Notes: generated by a model not told the origin, from the letters alone. DNA of 64,000 bases from Octopus sinensis (GCF_006345805.1 NC_043003.1:6262001-6326000); one strand, 5' to 3'. Shown: positions 14,404-28,208, numbered from the stretch's first letter. Translations and numbers: made by a program.

Positions 14404-14831
14404 TTATATATATATATATATATCTATAATATATATATATATATACATACTACACCCCATATTATATATATAATATATTATATATATATATGTATGTGTG
14501 TAATATATATATATATATCTATATATATGTATGTATGTATATATATCTATATATATATATATATGTTATATATATATATATATATTATATATATATATAT
14601 ATATACACAAACATTCATACATGCACACACCACACCACACCACATATATATATACACAACCAATACTTAACATACGCACATGCCTTAACTGACCATTTCT
14701 CCAGCAGAGTTCGGTTTCAGGTGACACGTTGTGTCCTTGAGCAAGACACTTATTTCGCATCGCTCCCAGTCCACTCAGCTGGAAAAAAATGAGGTTACCT
14801 GTAATTTTTCAATTTTTCAATAGGTGTACCT
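14116..14831. repeat. Foldback duplication centred on (TA)n
   Basis: 14116-~14360 mirrors ~14600-14831; differences are mostly homopolymer-length indels. Confidence 0.8.
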
Positions 14832-15058
14832 TATCTATATATATATATATAAATATTATAAGATACGGTTGAGAGTCAAAATAGATTCGAGAGTTTGATG
14901 GACATAACGGGCCAGACCACAGCTGACTGCGGCACCTTGGATGAGGCCGAGCAATGTTTGGTTTCTTTACGATGTTTTCTCTTGTAGAGCCCCACCACTA
15001 CCACCGCCACCACCTTCACTATCACCACCAACACGATGTTAAGGAGGAGGTATCTTAC

Positions 15059-15656
15059 GTAACTTGGAGCAAATTTTGACATGTGATGTTGAATGCAATG
15101 ATTGGTTATGTCTGGTGTTTCCGGTAAATAGCGAGGTGGAGGGCATAGTGTTTGGGGACAGTGGTAGTGGTGGTGGTGGTGGTGGTGGTGGTGGTGGTGG
15201 TGGTGGCAGTGATGGTAATGTCGACAGCAATGAAAGAGGGGAGTAGAAAGAGGAGGACAATAGTGATAACGATGGTAATAATGATGAAGAGAATTTAGAT
15301 AGCAACGACGATCATAACAATGCTGCCGATGATGGTGATGATGATGATAATAATGATAGTGGTGGTGGTGGTGGTAATAATGATAGTGATGGTGGTGGTG
15401 GTGGTGGTGGTGGGTGGTACTATACAGTACCTCACCTTTGACCTTCCTTCAACAACATCGTTTTTGCTGCTGTTTCCAGTGAGGTGGGGGAGAGAGAGGT
15501 GGAGAGATCATAAAAAAAAAAAATGGAGGTAACAAAAACAATAACAAAACAACGAAGATGTCCGCAGGGAGGGAGGGTGGAGGTGCATTCTTTAGTTGTT
15601 GTATTTGTTGTTGTTGTTGTTGTTGTTGTTGTTATTGTTGCAGTTGTTTCAGCCAT
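15059..15656 (-). other. Candidate first exon of an unidentified minus-strand gene (low complexity, frame disrupted)
   Basis: AAACATGG start context at 15656, hydrophobic CFVIVFVTSIFFFY segment, GTAAGA donor at 15058. The frame is not continuous across the microsatellite middle. Confidence 0.2.
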
Positions 15657-15759
15657 GTTTTGTCTGTTTAGTCAGCGACAATTAGCAGAGTGATGATCAT
15701 GTCTAATTGGCACATAACACCACACACACACACACAAACCACACACACACACCACACAA

Positions 15760-15818
<59 letters not shown>

Positions 15819-16439
15819 CTGTATACTTTTTATACTCATGCATACACACGCGCACACATACACACACACATACTGAGTTATACATACACTTTATACATAC
15901 TCAACAATCGGTCAAATACACATACTCCCACCGACTCCACCACCAAAATAATGTCCAACAACTACATCCCCTTCTCCACCTCCCGTCTCTCTTCAGAGTC
16001 TTTCCGTGACATATCGGCCGAAAATTACTCAGGACAGCTACAATTATGATGACCATTTCTTAATTGTTTTTGACTTTCAATAAAAATCCGGTCGGTGCCA
16101 TTCTCTAGTTTAGTCTTCGCTTGTAATTGTATTCACGCCTAGCAAACATTATAAGAATATAAATCGCCCCCATTAGCTGACTGGTACTCTGTTTTAGTTG
16201 ACCCCAGAATGATGCAAGGCACAGCTGACCTTGGCAGGCTTTGAACCTAGAATGTAAAAAACTAGTAACTAATAATTTTTTTTTTTGTTCGCTTGTGTGT
16301 GTGTGTGTGTTTGTATGTATGTGAAAGATATTCCGACTAAATTCGACAGTTTGCATAAAAGGGAAAGAAAACAATATCCTGTCCAAAAATAAAAATATTT
16401 TAACAAAATTAAAAACTATCAACTGGATTATGGTTAGGA

Positions 16440-16790
16440 GATAGTTTACTCAAAGTAGCCAACCCTCAGCTTGCACCACGATCTCAAGGCGACTCCAGAA
16501 CCTGTTGCACGCGTTCCTCACTGTTCTTAGGAAGATCTTCGAACACCTCTTTGATGTGGGCCACCAGCTCAGCTTTGGTGTGACGGGCAGAACGGTTGGT
16601 GTCTTTCTCAACCGCGCCTCACACATGGTAATCTGTGGATTCCAATCGGAAGAATTATGAAACCAGAAATTGCGGCTGGTGAAGTAGAAATACTCCGGCA
16701 ACCACTTCTGACTCTTTCCGGAGATGTGGAAAGGAGCTGAAGGCTGCTGCCTCACATTTGGCCTTCCAGCGGCGACCCTCTCCAGCCACG
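16440..16790 (-). mobile_element. Tc1/mariner (maT/DD37D-like) transposase C-terminal remnant
   Basis: HISGKSQKWL..F..FTS.NFW..NSSDWNP, resembling WPPNSPDxNP, and ACNRF.SRLE.VV.AEG. Confidence 0.6.
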
Positions 16791-16859
16791 GCGGGAGTGG
16801 AGGCGCAATGGCCCAATGGTTAGGGCAGCGGACTCACTGTCGGAGGATCGCTCCTTATA

Positions 16860-17186
16860 TTACATACAGTTTCCTGTACGTAAATACACGACCATCCCGG
16901 ACATTGTTGTTAGTTGTTAGTTGTCGGAGTTGTTGGTTGTTAGTTGTCGGAGCACTGCATCCTTCAAAACTTCCATGCTTCCTGAGATTCGCCAACACTA
17001 CACCTGATTTTCTCCCCTCCATACACACGCAAGCATGTATCTGACTCATACACTGTTCACTTCCCAGACATTTGTACATTACTGCATATGCTTCATACGC
17101 ACTTTCTGACAAGTTGTGGTGCACCTGAGCACTGTATACAATAATTTCATTATTATATATTATTATTATTATTATTATTATTATCA

Positions 17187-17243
<57 letters not shown>
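16860..17243 (+). mobile_element. 3' end of the same CR1-like family with (ATT)n tail
   Basis: Reverse complement of ~9365-9580, followed by long (ATT)n. Confidence 0.8.
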
Positions 17244-17244
<1 letters not shown>

Positions 17245-18539
17245 GTTTGCTTTCAAATCTCCGAGGATCTCATTCCAACGTCCACGAAACTTTAAGTAAC
17301 ACGTGTAGTTCAGTCAACCTCTCACTCAATATGTGTAACAGGTGAAACCACTTGAAATGACATTCCTTGCTCAAGGCCACAACGCGCTGCCTGCTCCAGG
17401 AGTCGAAACTATGACCTTGTGATCTTGAACCTGATACCCTAAACCCCGTGCTTTCACAACAACATCAAGTGGAGGCGCAATGGCCGAGTGGTTAGGGCAG
17501 CGGACTCGCGGTCGGAGGATCCCACACCGGGCCTTGTGTGTGTTTATTGAACGAAAACACCTAAAGCTCCACGAGGCTCCGGCAGGGGTTGGTGGCGACC
17601 CCTGTTGTACTCTTTCGCTCCAACTTTCTCTCACTCTTTCTTCCTGTTTCTCGTCCCCGACTTCCTACGCAACCGCTGAGCCTGGATGCGCATTCATCCA
17701 TCCGTCGATGCTCTCGATGTCGGGGGTTGACCTGTTTTCTCTTCTGCGGGTCTTACGAATAGCAAAGGATCACGGTTCAGACCGCTCAACAGCAACAGCA
17801 ACAACAACATCAACACCAAAGACAGGAGAAAAAAGTAAAAGGAATCCGTAAGAAAGATGAAATGTCATTTCCCAACAAAAGATAAAACAAAAAATTATAA
17901 TAATTTTTTTAAATATTTTTTTTAATATCTTTTAATAATTTTACTCTTTTTTGTCTGATACAAAATCAGACGAAAGCGGAAAAAAATTTGTGTTTTCTAT
18001 TTCTTTCCTATCGGCAAGATTTTTGTCTATTTTTTCTAGTAAAACAGCCATTGGCCTCCAAACAATCCAAATATGGCCTTGTTACGATATTATAGGAAGG
18101 TGATTTAATTTTCGTCTCTTAAAAAATAATTTTGAAACCAAGACAAGTTTAACCTAAATTTTTAAATCATTTCCAAACGTAAAATCCTAATGGCCTTTAT
18201 TTTTTCTCCAGTTTTTTTTAGTTTTACGATCAAAAAAATTTAATAAATGAAAACTATGAAAATAATTTTCTATAAAATAGATTTTATGGAGTTGGTGGGG
18301 GGTCTTAATATTATATTTTTTCTAATGCAAATGGCGGAAGCAAAAGCTAAGAACTCAATAAAATGGAATTAATGTTTTATTGGTTAAATATTTCAATGGA
18401 GTTTGGTAAGGGAACATGTTTGTTAACCATTATATATTTGATGGTGCAGGAAGTAATGGAGACGTGTGTGTGTGTGGAATGGTTTGATTTGATCGGCCAT
18501 TGCCAACGCTGGCACGATGAATAACACACACTCTCTTTC

Positions 18540-18600
<61 letters not shown>

Positions 18601-19012
18601 AGATAGAGAGAGAGAGAAGTCTTGTCGGTTTTTACAAATGGATCCGAAAGAGAGAAAACTAAATTTTTGTCTTTTGTAGGCATATCATGAAGGTGTCGTA
18701 TCTTCTGTTTGTGTTTGTTGATGTTATTAACATTTTGAACAGAACTGTGATGTTTAAAACAACATGTCTCTCTGGCTGCACGGTTCCATGCTTTTTTTTG
18801 GGGGTTGTTTGTTTTCTTTGGGGTTTTTTCGCAATATTAACTCGTCCGCGTTCAGCTGTTTGGCCGCGTGGTTAGGGAGTTCAGCTGACCATCAGAATGC
18901 CGTGCATTTCATTCAGGAACCGGGCAGCGCGTTGTCTCCTTCAGCAAGGCACTTCATTACACGTTGCTCCAGTCTAATTAGCTACAAAAGAGTACCACCA
19001 GCTATTGGTACA

Positions 19013-19063
<51 letters not shown>

Positions 19064-19959
19064 ACTCTCTCTCACTCTCACTCTCTCTCGCTTTCACTCT
19101 CTCTCGCTCTCACTCTCTCACTCTCTCTCCCCTCCTCTCTCTCTCCCTCTCTCTCCCTCCCCCACCCTCTCTCTCTCCTCTCTCTTCCTCTCTCTCTCAC
19201 TCTCACTCTCTCTCGCTCTCTCTCCCCTCTCTCTCTCACTCTCTCTCTCACTCCCTCTCATTCTCTCGCTCACTCTCTCTCCCCTTCTCTCACTCTCTCT
19301 CTCCCTCTCTCTCTCTCACTCACTCTCATTCTCTCTCTCACTCCCCCCTCTCTCTCTCTCTCTCTCTTCCTCTCTCTCTCTCTCTCCGGCTGTCATAATC
19401 TCGATGTACCAGCAAAGGTCGGGGCGCTGCCTGTGTCTGCTTTCGGCTCTCTTCACACCTGAAAACAAGGATCGAAACTACGGCGCATACTATCATTTAC
19501 TATTGCTCGTGGGTGAGAGCTGAACACATTCCCCTTTCTCGTTGACTCGGTCAAGTTTAAATGGAGTTTTAACAAACCCAGTATATACCATTTCACTATT
19601 AATTGTAATTATGAATACAGAAAACCTCCTTATCATTTGAAAGAGCACACTTAGCTGCTAAGAATGAAACCTAGTCTCCGAACGAATGTATATTTCTTTC
19701 ATTCGTTAAACTGCTTTTGGTCATCGCTAACTGTTCATGAGTTTACTTTACATCGTTGGTCAGAGCAAAACTTTACAATGTGTACTAGGTGCTTATTTCG
19801 TGGCACCAACATTAGAGTGATAGCCATGTACTCTACGCCGGACTGCACAACCCCAGATCTCTTCTCGTTCGCCAAAGTATTTACTAAATGCAAGCCATAA
19901 GTAACAAAGGCCTGAATGATACAGATGAGTAATAAAGGTGGTGATAGGAATACTCATTT

Positions 19960-20330
19960 ATCTTCATTCGTCCGTTTTCTCCACCTTTTATTCCCAAGAG
20001 GGAAAGTCATGGTGACAGAAGTGTCTCCTCCATAGGCAACCATCATTAGAAGCAACCATCGTCGGGCTTTCCCCGCAGGATTCCAACTGAGACTATGAAT
20101 ACTACCCAACCATCTCGTTCTTGATCTACTTTTAGATCTCCTGTCAATTGGCTCAGCTTGGAAAATCCGTCTTGTGATTCTGTCCTCTGACATTCGAATC
20201 ACATGCTTGTAGTATGGGAGCTGTGATTTCTCAATACGAATGAGCAGTAACCTGACCTGGAGAGACTCCTGATCTCCGAGCTACGCACCCTGTCGAATAA
20301 AGTTACAGATTACAAAGAGCCTTTCAAGGA
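19960..20330 (-). mobile_element. RTE-clade LINE 3' remnant
   Basis: LLLIRIEKSQL.YYKHVIRMSEDRITRRIFQAEP...RSRTRWL resembles the post-RT region of RTE elements. Confidence 0.65.
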
Positions 20331-20519
20331 TCTCAGTTATCTCTGCTGTGTAATTATATTCAAGGTAGCGCAATGTGACTGAGTTGGTTGGTGGAGATGA
20401 CAGAGGTCTGTGTGAATCAGAAGATAGCGAGGTGACAGTGTCCCCGGGATGCGTAGCAATCAATGACATGAAATGATGACAGGCAGTGAAGGTATAATAT
20501 CTCTCTCTCTTTCTTTCTT

Positions 20520-20554
<35 letters not shown>

Positions 20555-20850
20555 ATATATATATATATAATAACAAAGGGTAAAATTAATTAATTAAGAA
20601 GTAATCAGTAATTTCACCAAGTAGAATTCGGCATGAAAAAAGGACCATTTCATGGTAAACTTAAGTAATACTAAATAGTTAGGGTTCAGCAAAGATTTGC
20701 TTTACCACATACCGAAGTTTAGAAATAGCAGCCAAAAAACGTTAGCTATTTCTTCTACTTTAAAAAGGACTCCCAGAAAAACCAAAATACTTGAAAACAA
20801 TCCACACAGGCAGAGAGGAAGGAGTAACGAAAATCAATCAATATCTGGTC

Positions 20851-20935
20851 ACCTATGGACGCGCGTTTCGGAATTAGGTTGGAATGAAGAATATAAAATT
20901 ATACTTTACCAACCGTTTTCCTCTTCAGGATAGGT
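20851..20935 (-). ncRNA. Minimal type I hammerhead ribozyme, canonical core (Penelope/retrozyme-like)
   Basis: Minus strand: ACCUAUC CUGAAGA GGAA-AAC-GGUUGG...CCAACC-UAA-UUCC GAA ACGCGCGU C CAUAGGU. Stem I 6 bp (first position C-C mismatch), palindromic stem III, GUC site. Confidence 0.75.
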
Positions 20936-21000
20936 CCCCATCAATATACTAATTATTTATATATACACACATTTTTTCTCTCCTTGGTTTTTCTATGTCC

Positions 21001-21035
21001 CTTTCTGTAGAAGAGCGTAGGCTCGAAACGTAAAA
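21001..21035 (+). ncRNA. Minimal hammerhead-like motif with CUGUAGA core variant, in a ~170 bp element (20965-21135)
   Basis: CUUU CUGUAGA A GAGC-GUAG-GCUC GAA ACGU A AAAG. Same element at ~48306-48480 (-) and ~58965-59143 (+). Confidence 0.55.
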
Positions 21036-22652
21036 GATTTTTTCTATTCCTGGGCGTTATACTAATACATCTGTTTGTTTTGTACACCACTTGTCTTCGT
21101 CTTTTGTTTTTTTCGTAAACTCTCCCTATATATATATATCACTGCCTGTCTATCTTTATATCCGTCTGTTTGTCAATCTGTCTATCGTCTATCGGTATAC
21201 ATGTCTGTGTATGTCTTTCTGTTTGTGTGTGTGAGGAGAAAGACGAGGAAGAGGAGGAGGTTGTTGTTATCATCGATATAACTGGTGGACACTATAAACA
21301 CGGACGAGATTATCCGCTGACGCTACTTCGTCACTTCCGCTGTCATAAAGTTTTAGTAATTAACGACACTATTGTTCACAATTTGCCAATAAAAAAAAAG
21401 TAGAACAGCTTTCAAGGCGATGCTACAGCATGGCCTGAAACTTAATGATTGAAATGAACTAAAGAACTATAGAAAATAACAAAAATAACCTTTAACAAAA
21501 TGGCTGCCATTTGTTGTCTGATTAGTTATCAATGTCTGAATGTTCTGGAAGGAAATGAGGTGGGGGTGAAGGAGGTGGAGGATGGAGGACAGTGGCGGCG
21601 GGGGGGACTGTTGGCCCATGGGAGATGATCGGTCTCTTGCCCACTAGCACATTGCACACACACACACACATACAACATACTCACACACACACATATATAC
21701 AGATATGCACAGACATACACATAGACACAAATACATACACACACACGTAACATATACATGCACACACACACATACGCATACGAACACACGGACGTGTACA
21801 ACCACTGTTGCCTGTGAAGTGGTGTGTGTGTGTGTGTTAATATGTGTATATATGTAAATGCATGAGTGTGTCAGTGTGTGTTGGTGTGTTGTGCACGGAA
21901 CGATAGAAAGACGTGTGAAAATATGTACGTAAGTGCACATTTATATATATATATATATATTATATATATAATATATACATATATACATATATATATACAT
22001 ATATATACATATATATATACATATATATATATATTAACTATATATACATATATATTATATATATATATATAATATATAGAGAGAGAGAGAGAGGAAGGGA
22101 GAGAGAGCTAGAGAGATGAGAGCGATGAGGAAATTTGTGTATATTATACGTAGGTATCATGTAAATATATAGATCGCACATATGTAAATATGTGCAGGTG
22201 TGTGTTGAATGCATACAGGTATGTGTGTGCGTGCAGGTGTGACTCTGTGTGCGTGTGTGTTTAGTACATTAAAGTCCCCCACCCCTGCTGTAAAAAGAAG
22301 ACGGAGCGCCACCTGCCGGTTCCTGAACCAATGTAATTTGTCACAACTGTCAGAGACGATGGCGCTGTTAAAAACAACCAGCAAAGCGCTGAGCTGGAGT
22401 TGTGTCTAGCTTGTAAGATATCGTGGGGCGGGGTGGGGGCGTAGCGGGGTTGTTAGAGGGGTGGATATTAGTGGTGGTGGTAGTTGTGGTGGTGGTGGTG
22501 GTTGTGGTGGTGGTGGTGGTGGTGGTGGTGGTGGTGGTGGTGGTGGTCATTATTGCCATCAACACACTATTTCAATGTAACAGTCATGGTTGTAGTGATT
22601 TTCTGTCTGCTGGATTGTGGTTAACCTAGGGCTAAACAACAGCAACTGCTGT

Positions 22653-23045
22653 GGAGGTGCAATGGCCCAATGGTTAGGGCAGCGGACTCGCGGTCGGAGG
22701 ATCGCGGTTTCGATTTCGATTCCCAGACCGGGCCTTGTGTGTGTTTATTGAGCGAAAGCACCTAAAACTCCACGAGGCTCTGGCAGGAGGTGGTGGCGAC
22801 CCATGTATACTCTTTCGCCCCAACTTCCTCTCACTCTTTCTTCCTGTTTCTTGTCCGGATTCCTACGCAACCGCTGAGCCTGGATGCACATTCATCCATC
22901 CGTCGATGCTCTCGGTGTCGGGGGTTTGACCGCTTTTCTCTTCTGCGGGTTACGAATAGAAAAGGACCACGTTTCGGACTTCTCCCACTACTGGGACGAA
23001 GACTGCTTCGCTCAACAAACAAACAAACAAACAAACAAACAACAG
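22653..23045 (+). mobile_element. SINE family B, tRNA-derived head (representative copy)
   Basis: ggaggtgcaatggcccaatggttagggcagcggactcgcggtc...ggtttcgatt (A/B boxes), (AAAC)n tail. Other copies at ~4991-5290, 12025-12305(-), 17471-17800, 24385-24801(-), 45108-45478(-). Confidence 0.85.
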
Positions 23046-23857
23046 CAACAATAACGAAGACGACGATGCTAATTGGTCACCAATGAAATACTTTTACGGA
23101 ACAAACAATCCGCCATCATGGCAAATATCGTTCACATTTCAACAAAATGAACTCTCGTCGCCCATAGAAATCTATAGAAAATTCCACCCACGAAAGCGTG
23201 TCAGTGCAAAGAGGAGCCGGGTGCGATGACATACACGAGATTGTTGATAGATACCCCTCGTGATACTCGGGTATCAATTGGCTACAACAGTGTGCTAGAA
23301 TGTAGATAGTGATAAGTAACAAATACTGATTTCAAATTTTGACAGGTGAGCAGTTTCGGGAAAGGGGACAAAGTGATTACAACGACCCCAGATAAATGGC
23401 AAAGCTGACCTCAATGGAATTTGAACTCAGAACATAAAGACACGAAATACAGCTAAACATTTCGCCCGGTGTGCTAACGATTCTGCCAGCTCGCTGCCTT
23501 AATAAGTAACAAAATATTTCTTTATTGCCCACAGAAGGCTAAACATTAAGGGGACAAACAAGGACACACGAAGGGATTAAGAATTGGGCACCGACAGGGG
23601 AAACTCTGAGAAGCAAGAGACTGACCCGACCGAAATAATGTGCACACACACACACACAGAGTAGACAAACAGACAGACACATACAGTAAGGTAGGTGGAG
23701 AGAAAGGAGAGAAAGAGAGAGACATGGCAGAATGAGTTGGTGTAACCAAATAGCAGAGAATATATGTATAGGTGAGTGTATGTGTGCGTACACATACATA
23801 TCCATGCACACACATATCTATACATACACATTGACTGAAGTATGTGTTGTGTGTATG

Positions 23858-23888
<31 letters not shown>

Positions 23889-24330
23889 GTATGTATATAC
23901 ATATGTATGTATATATATATGTATGTATATATATATATATATCATATATATATACATGTATATTTTTGTGTGTATATACAAACATGTGCGTGTCTGTGCG
24001 CGTGCGTGTGAATATTTGTCGATGCTCCATGCAGGAGGGGACAGGGGCCTAGAGTCATGGGCTTTTTCCTCGTTACATCTAGATGTCTGTAGGAGGCTGG
24101 AATGTGAAGAGGGCGATTTAGATATTTGATGAGATCAATAATCAGTGATGAGGAGGTGTAGACCCCCGAAAATATTCGATACAAACGGCACGAAGTCATG
24201 TTTCCACCTCAAAACTATAAACATATCGGCAATGGAGGTTTTTGAACCATCGTCACACGTTAGTAAATACTAGTTTCTCCCCGAGAAGTGGTGTGTGTGG
24301 TGTGTGGTCTGTGTGTCTGGTGTGTGTGTG

Positions 24331-24366
<36 letters not shown>

Positions 24367-26647
24367 GTGTTCTGCCTCCCTCTTCTGTAAACAGTGCCGA
24401 ACGTTCTTGTTAACATGGATGGAAGCACTCCGTCGGTTACGACGACGAGGGTTCCGGTTGATCCGAATCAACGGAACGGCCTGCTCGTGAAATTAACGTG
24501 TAAGTGGCTGAGCACTCCACAGACACGTGTACCCTTAACGTAGTTCTCGGGGATATTCAGCGTGACACAGAGAGTGACAAGGCCGGCCCTTTGAAATACA
24601 GGTACAACAGAAACAGGAAGAAAGATTGAGAGAAAGTTGTGGAGAAAGAGTACAGCAGGGATCACCACCATCCCTGCCGGAGCCTCGTGGAACTTTAGGT
24701 GTTTCGCTCAATAAACACTCACAACGCCCGGTCTGGGAATCGAAACCGTGATCCTATGACCGCGAGTCCGCTGCCCTAACCACTGGGCCATTGCGCCTCC
24801 ACTCTTGCTAACATACACACACAACCAATCTAAAAACAGATTCAAAACAGAATATACCCAAACGCGTAAACATGTTTTTTTTCTCTCTTTTACTTGTTTC
24901 AGTCATGTGACTGCGGCCATGCTGGAGCACCACCTTTAGTCGACCAAATCGACTCCAGGACTTATTCTTTGTAAGCCGCCTAGTACTTATTCTATCGGTC
25001 TCTTTTGCCGAACCGCTAAGTTACGGGGACGTAAACACACACACCAGCATCGGTTGTCAAGCGATGTTGGGGGTCAAACGCAGCACACACAAACATACAC
25101 ACACAACATACATATATATATATAATATTATAATATATATATATAATATATATATATATAATATATATAATACATATATACGAAGGCTTCTTTCAGTCTC
25201 CGTACTACCAAATCCATTGACAAGACTTAGGTCGGCCCGAGGCTATAGTAGAAGACATTTGCCCAAGGTGCCACGCAATGGGTCTGAACTCGGAATCATG
25301 TGGTTGGTAAGCAAGCTACTTACCACACAGCCACACCTACGCCTATGTGTGTGTGGTGTGTGTGTGTGCGTTTAGATCATACCTCCTTTTGTTAATTAAA
25401 TGTGTGTGTAAATAAGTATGTATATGTATGTATTCGTGTGTATGTGTGAGTATGTATGAATATATGAATATGCATGTATCTATCTATGTATGTATATATG
25501 TATGTATGCATGTGTGTGTGTATTTACACTGATACGTAGATATATCTATATGTATATATGAATACGTATGCGTATACACACTGACATGTAAACGCACACG
25601 CTGATATATATATGTATATATATGAGTGTGCGTGTGTGCACGTGTGTGTGTGTGTGTATACTGTTTCTGCATATATGCGTTTGTGTAAGTGTGTGTATCA
25701 GTGTCTGTGTATGTGCTTGCGCGCATGCTTGTATGTGTGCATCTGCGTGCATGTATGAATGTGTGTGTATGTGTATATACACATATGTGTGTGTGCTTGT
25801 GTGTGTTGTGTGCGTGTGTGCGTGCGTTTAGATCCTACCTCCATTTGTTAATTAAATCAATCAATTTAAATAATCGAACCCTTTAACGATTTAAGCCTCC
25901 ATTTCGAAAGCTTCGGGCTGTTGCGTGCAATTTTCGAAGTAATTTGCTATTTGATGGGAAACAGCTTCAAAAAATATATATAACCACACAGCAAAGACCA
26001 TCCTCACTCCCTATAGTTTCAAATACTAAAATAAAACTGCTAGCTTAGCTTTAAACACCCGTTTTTCACGTATCGTCTGCCCTTTCCATTTCAAATTATT
26101 TTAAAAGATTCACTCAAGTTTAGTTCACAGCTACGGGGCGGAACCTTGCTTCTTTCGCCTAAATAACACAGATTTCACACAGATACAGTTTATAAATTCA
26201 CAATCTCTCTGTTTTGTGAGTGAAGGTGTAAGTTAGGGAGGTTTGTATGTATATGTTGATAACAGCAATATATATATGTACGCGTGTGTATGTATGTATG
26301 TATATATATGTGTGCGTATGTATATATATATTATATATAGATAGATATATATAGATATGTATGCGAGTAAAATGAAAAAAATATACATATATATATATAT
26401 ACATACACACACCACACAATACCATATATATATAATATCTATATATATATATATATTATATATATATATATATATATGCATTATATTATATATATACATG
26501 TGTTTATGTATGTATGTATGTATGTATGTATGTATGTATATGTGTGTGTATGTTATATATATTACACACAACATTATTGTATGCGAGTATATGTATATAT
26601 ATACATATGCATATATATACATACACACACTCACACAATATATATAT

Positions 26648-26691
<44 letters not shown>

Positions 26692-26772
26692 GTACCTTTG
26701 ATCAGATAAGCGTATGTATACATGTGTACGCGCGTGTGTGTATGTGTATGTGTGTGTGTATGTGTGTGTGTG

Positions 26773-26803
<31 letters not shown>

Positions 26804-27210
26804 GACTGTGTGTGCGCGTGTACGTGTGTCTATATCCTGTTATTCTTTATGATGTTGTTTTGTACGTATATATATATATATATATACATTTATTTTTCGC
26901 AATCATTTTCTTAGATTTTCTATGAATTCTCTTTATTTCCCGCTAAAACGTTTCCGCACAGCACCTACCCCACCTCGTCCCACAATCAACGTTAATCCCC
27001 TTTCAGCTGCCCCTGCAGAAGATATTTGGTGCTAAATACTGAGGATTATGCAGTATTTACGGTTAATTCTATTAAAATCCAAGTTGTTTCTTTCGATCTC
27101 AGCCAAAACCTGCTGAGGGAAAAATCACCTCATCGCAAATAAATTCACAATTCACAATCGTAACTCTTTCTATTATTCTGCAAATCGATGGTGTGTGTGT
27201 GTGTGTGTGT

Positions 27211-27251
<41 letters not shown>

Positions 27252-27405
27252 TGTGTGTGTGCGTGTGTGTGTGTCTGTGTGTGTGTCTATATGTACATCT
27301 GCATGTATACATGCATGTACATATATATATATATACAGAGAGAGAGAAACGGGTGGGGAGGGAGGGAGAGAGACCCATATACGTGTATGTGCGCGTGCAA
27401 ATATA

Positions 27406-27445
<40 letters not shown>

Positions 27446-27560
27446 TGTGTGTGTAGCACACACACATGTGCATGTGTGTGTGTGAATATATATATATATA
27501 TATATCAGTAATGCAATACAAAGTATTGCCTTCCAGTAAAAAGTAGCCCGTGAGGAAAAA

Positions 27561-28154
27561 TACACAAATTAGTAAATAAATGGCACAACTAAGTACCGAT
27601 ATTTACTGGAAATAGCGAACGTAAAATTACGACGCTAATGTGTAGCTTCACCGCGTATGTATTAGCAAAAATGCGTGTGTGCAACAAAATAGAGAAAAAA
27701 AACCGTCTTACCTCCAGGGAGAACATCTGAAAGATGAAACACCCGGAAAATGGATAATGTGGTACCTGCAGGTTTCAGGTTTTGCAAGATATGTCTCTCA
27801 CCCATATTTCTCGTACTGTTAGCGTTCCGTATTTCAGTCGAGTGTGTTAGTATCAATGTGGTAACATCGTAGATTTCGTCTTGGTATATGTTTGGCTGAA
27901 GAAGGTAAAGCAAAATATGGGTGAGAGACATATCTTGCAAAACCTGAAACCTGCAGGTACCACATTATCCATTTTCGGGTGTTTCATCTTTCAGATGTTC
28001 TCCCTGGAGGTAAGAGGTTTTTTTTTCTCTATTTTGTTGCACACACGCATTTTTGCTAATACATACGCGGTGAAGCTACACATTAGCGTCGTATTTTTAC
28101 GTTCGCTATTTTCAGTAAATATCGGTACTTAGTTGTGCCATTTATTTACTAATT

Positions 28155-28160
<6 letters not shown>
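27561..28160. mobile_element. Foldback/MITE-like element: ~250 bp inverted arms with ~100 bp spacer
   Basis: 27561-27809 is the near-perfect reverse complement of 27913-28160; set within (TA)n. Confidence 0.85.

Positions 28161-28208
<48 letters not shown>

Noticed and set aside
17471-17530. tRNA gene
   Set aside because: tRNA-like A/B boxes belong to SINE heads; there is no complete cloverleaf and the sequence continues into SINE body.
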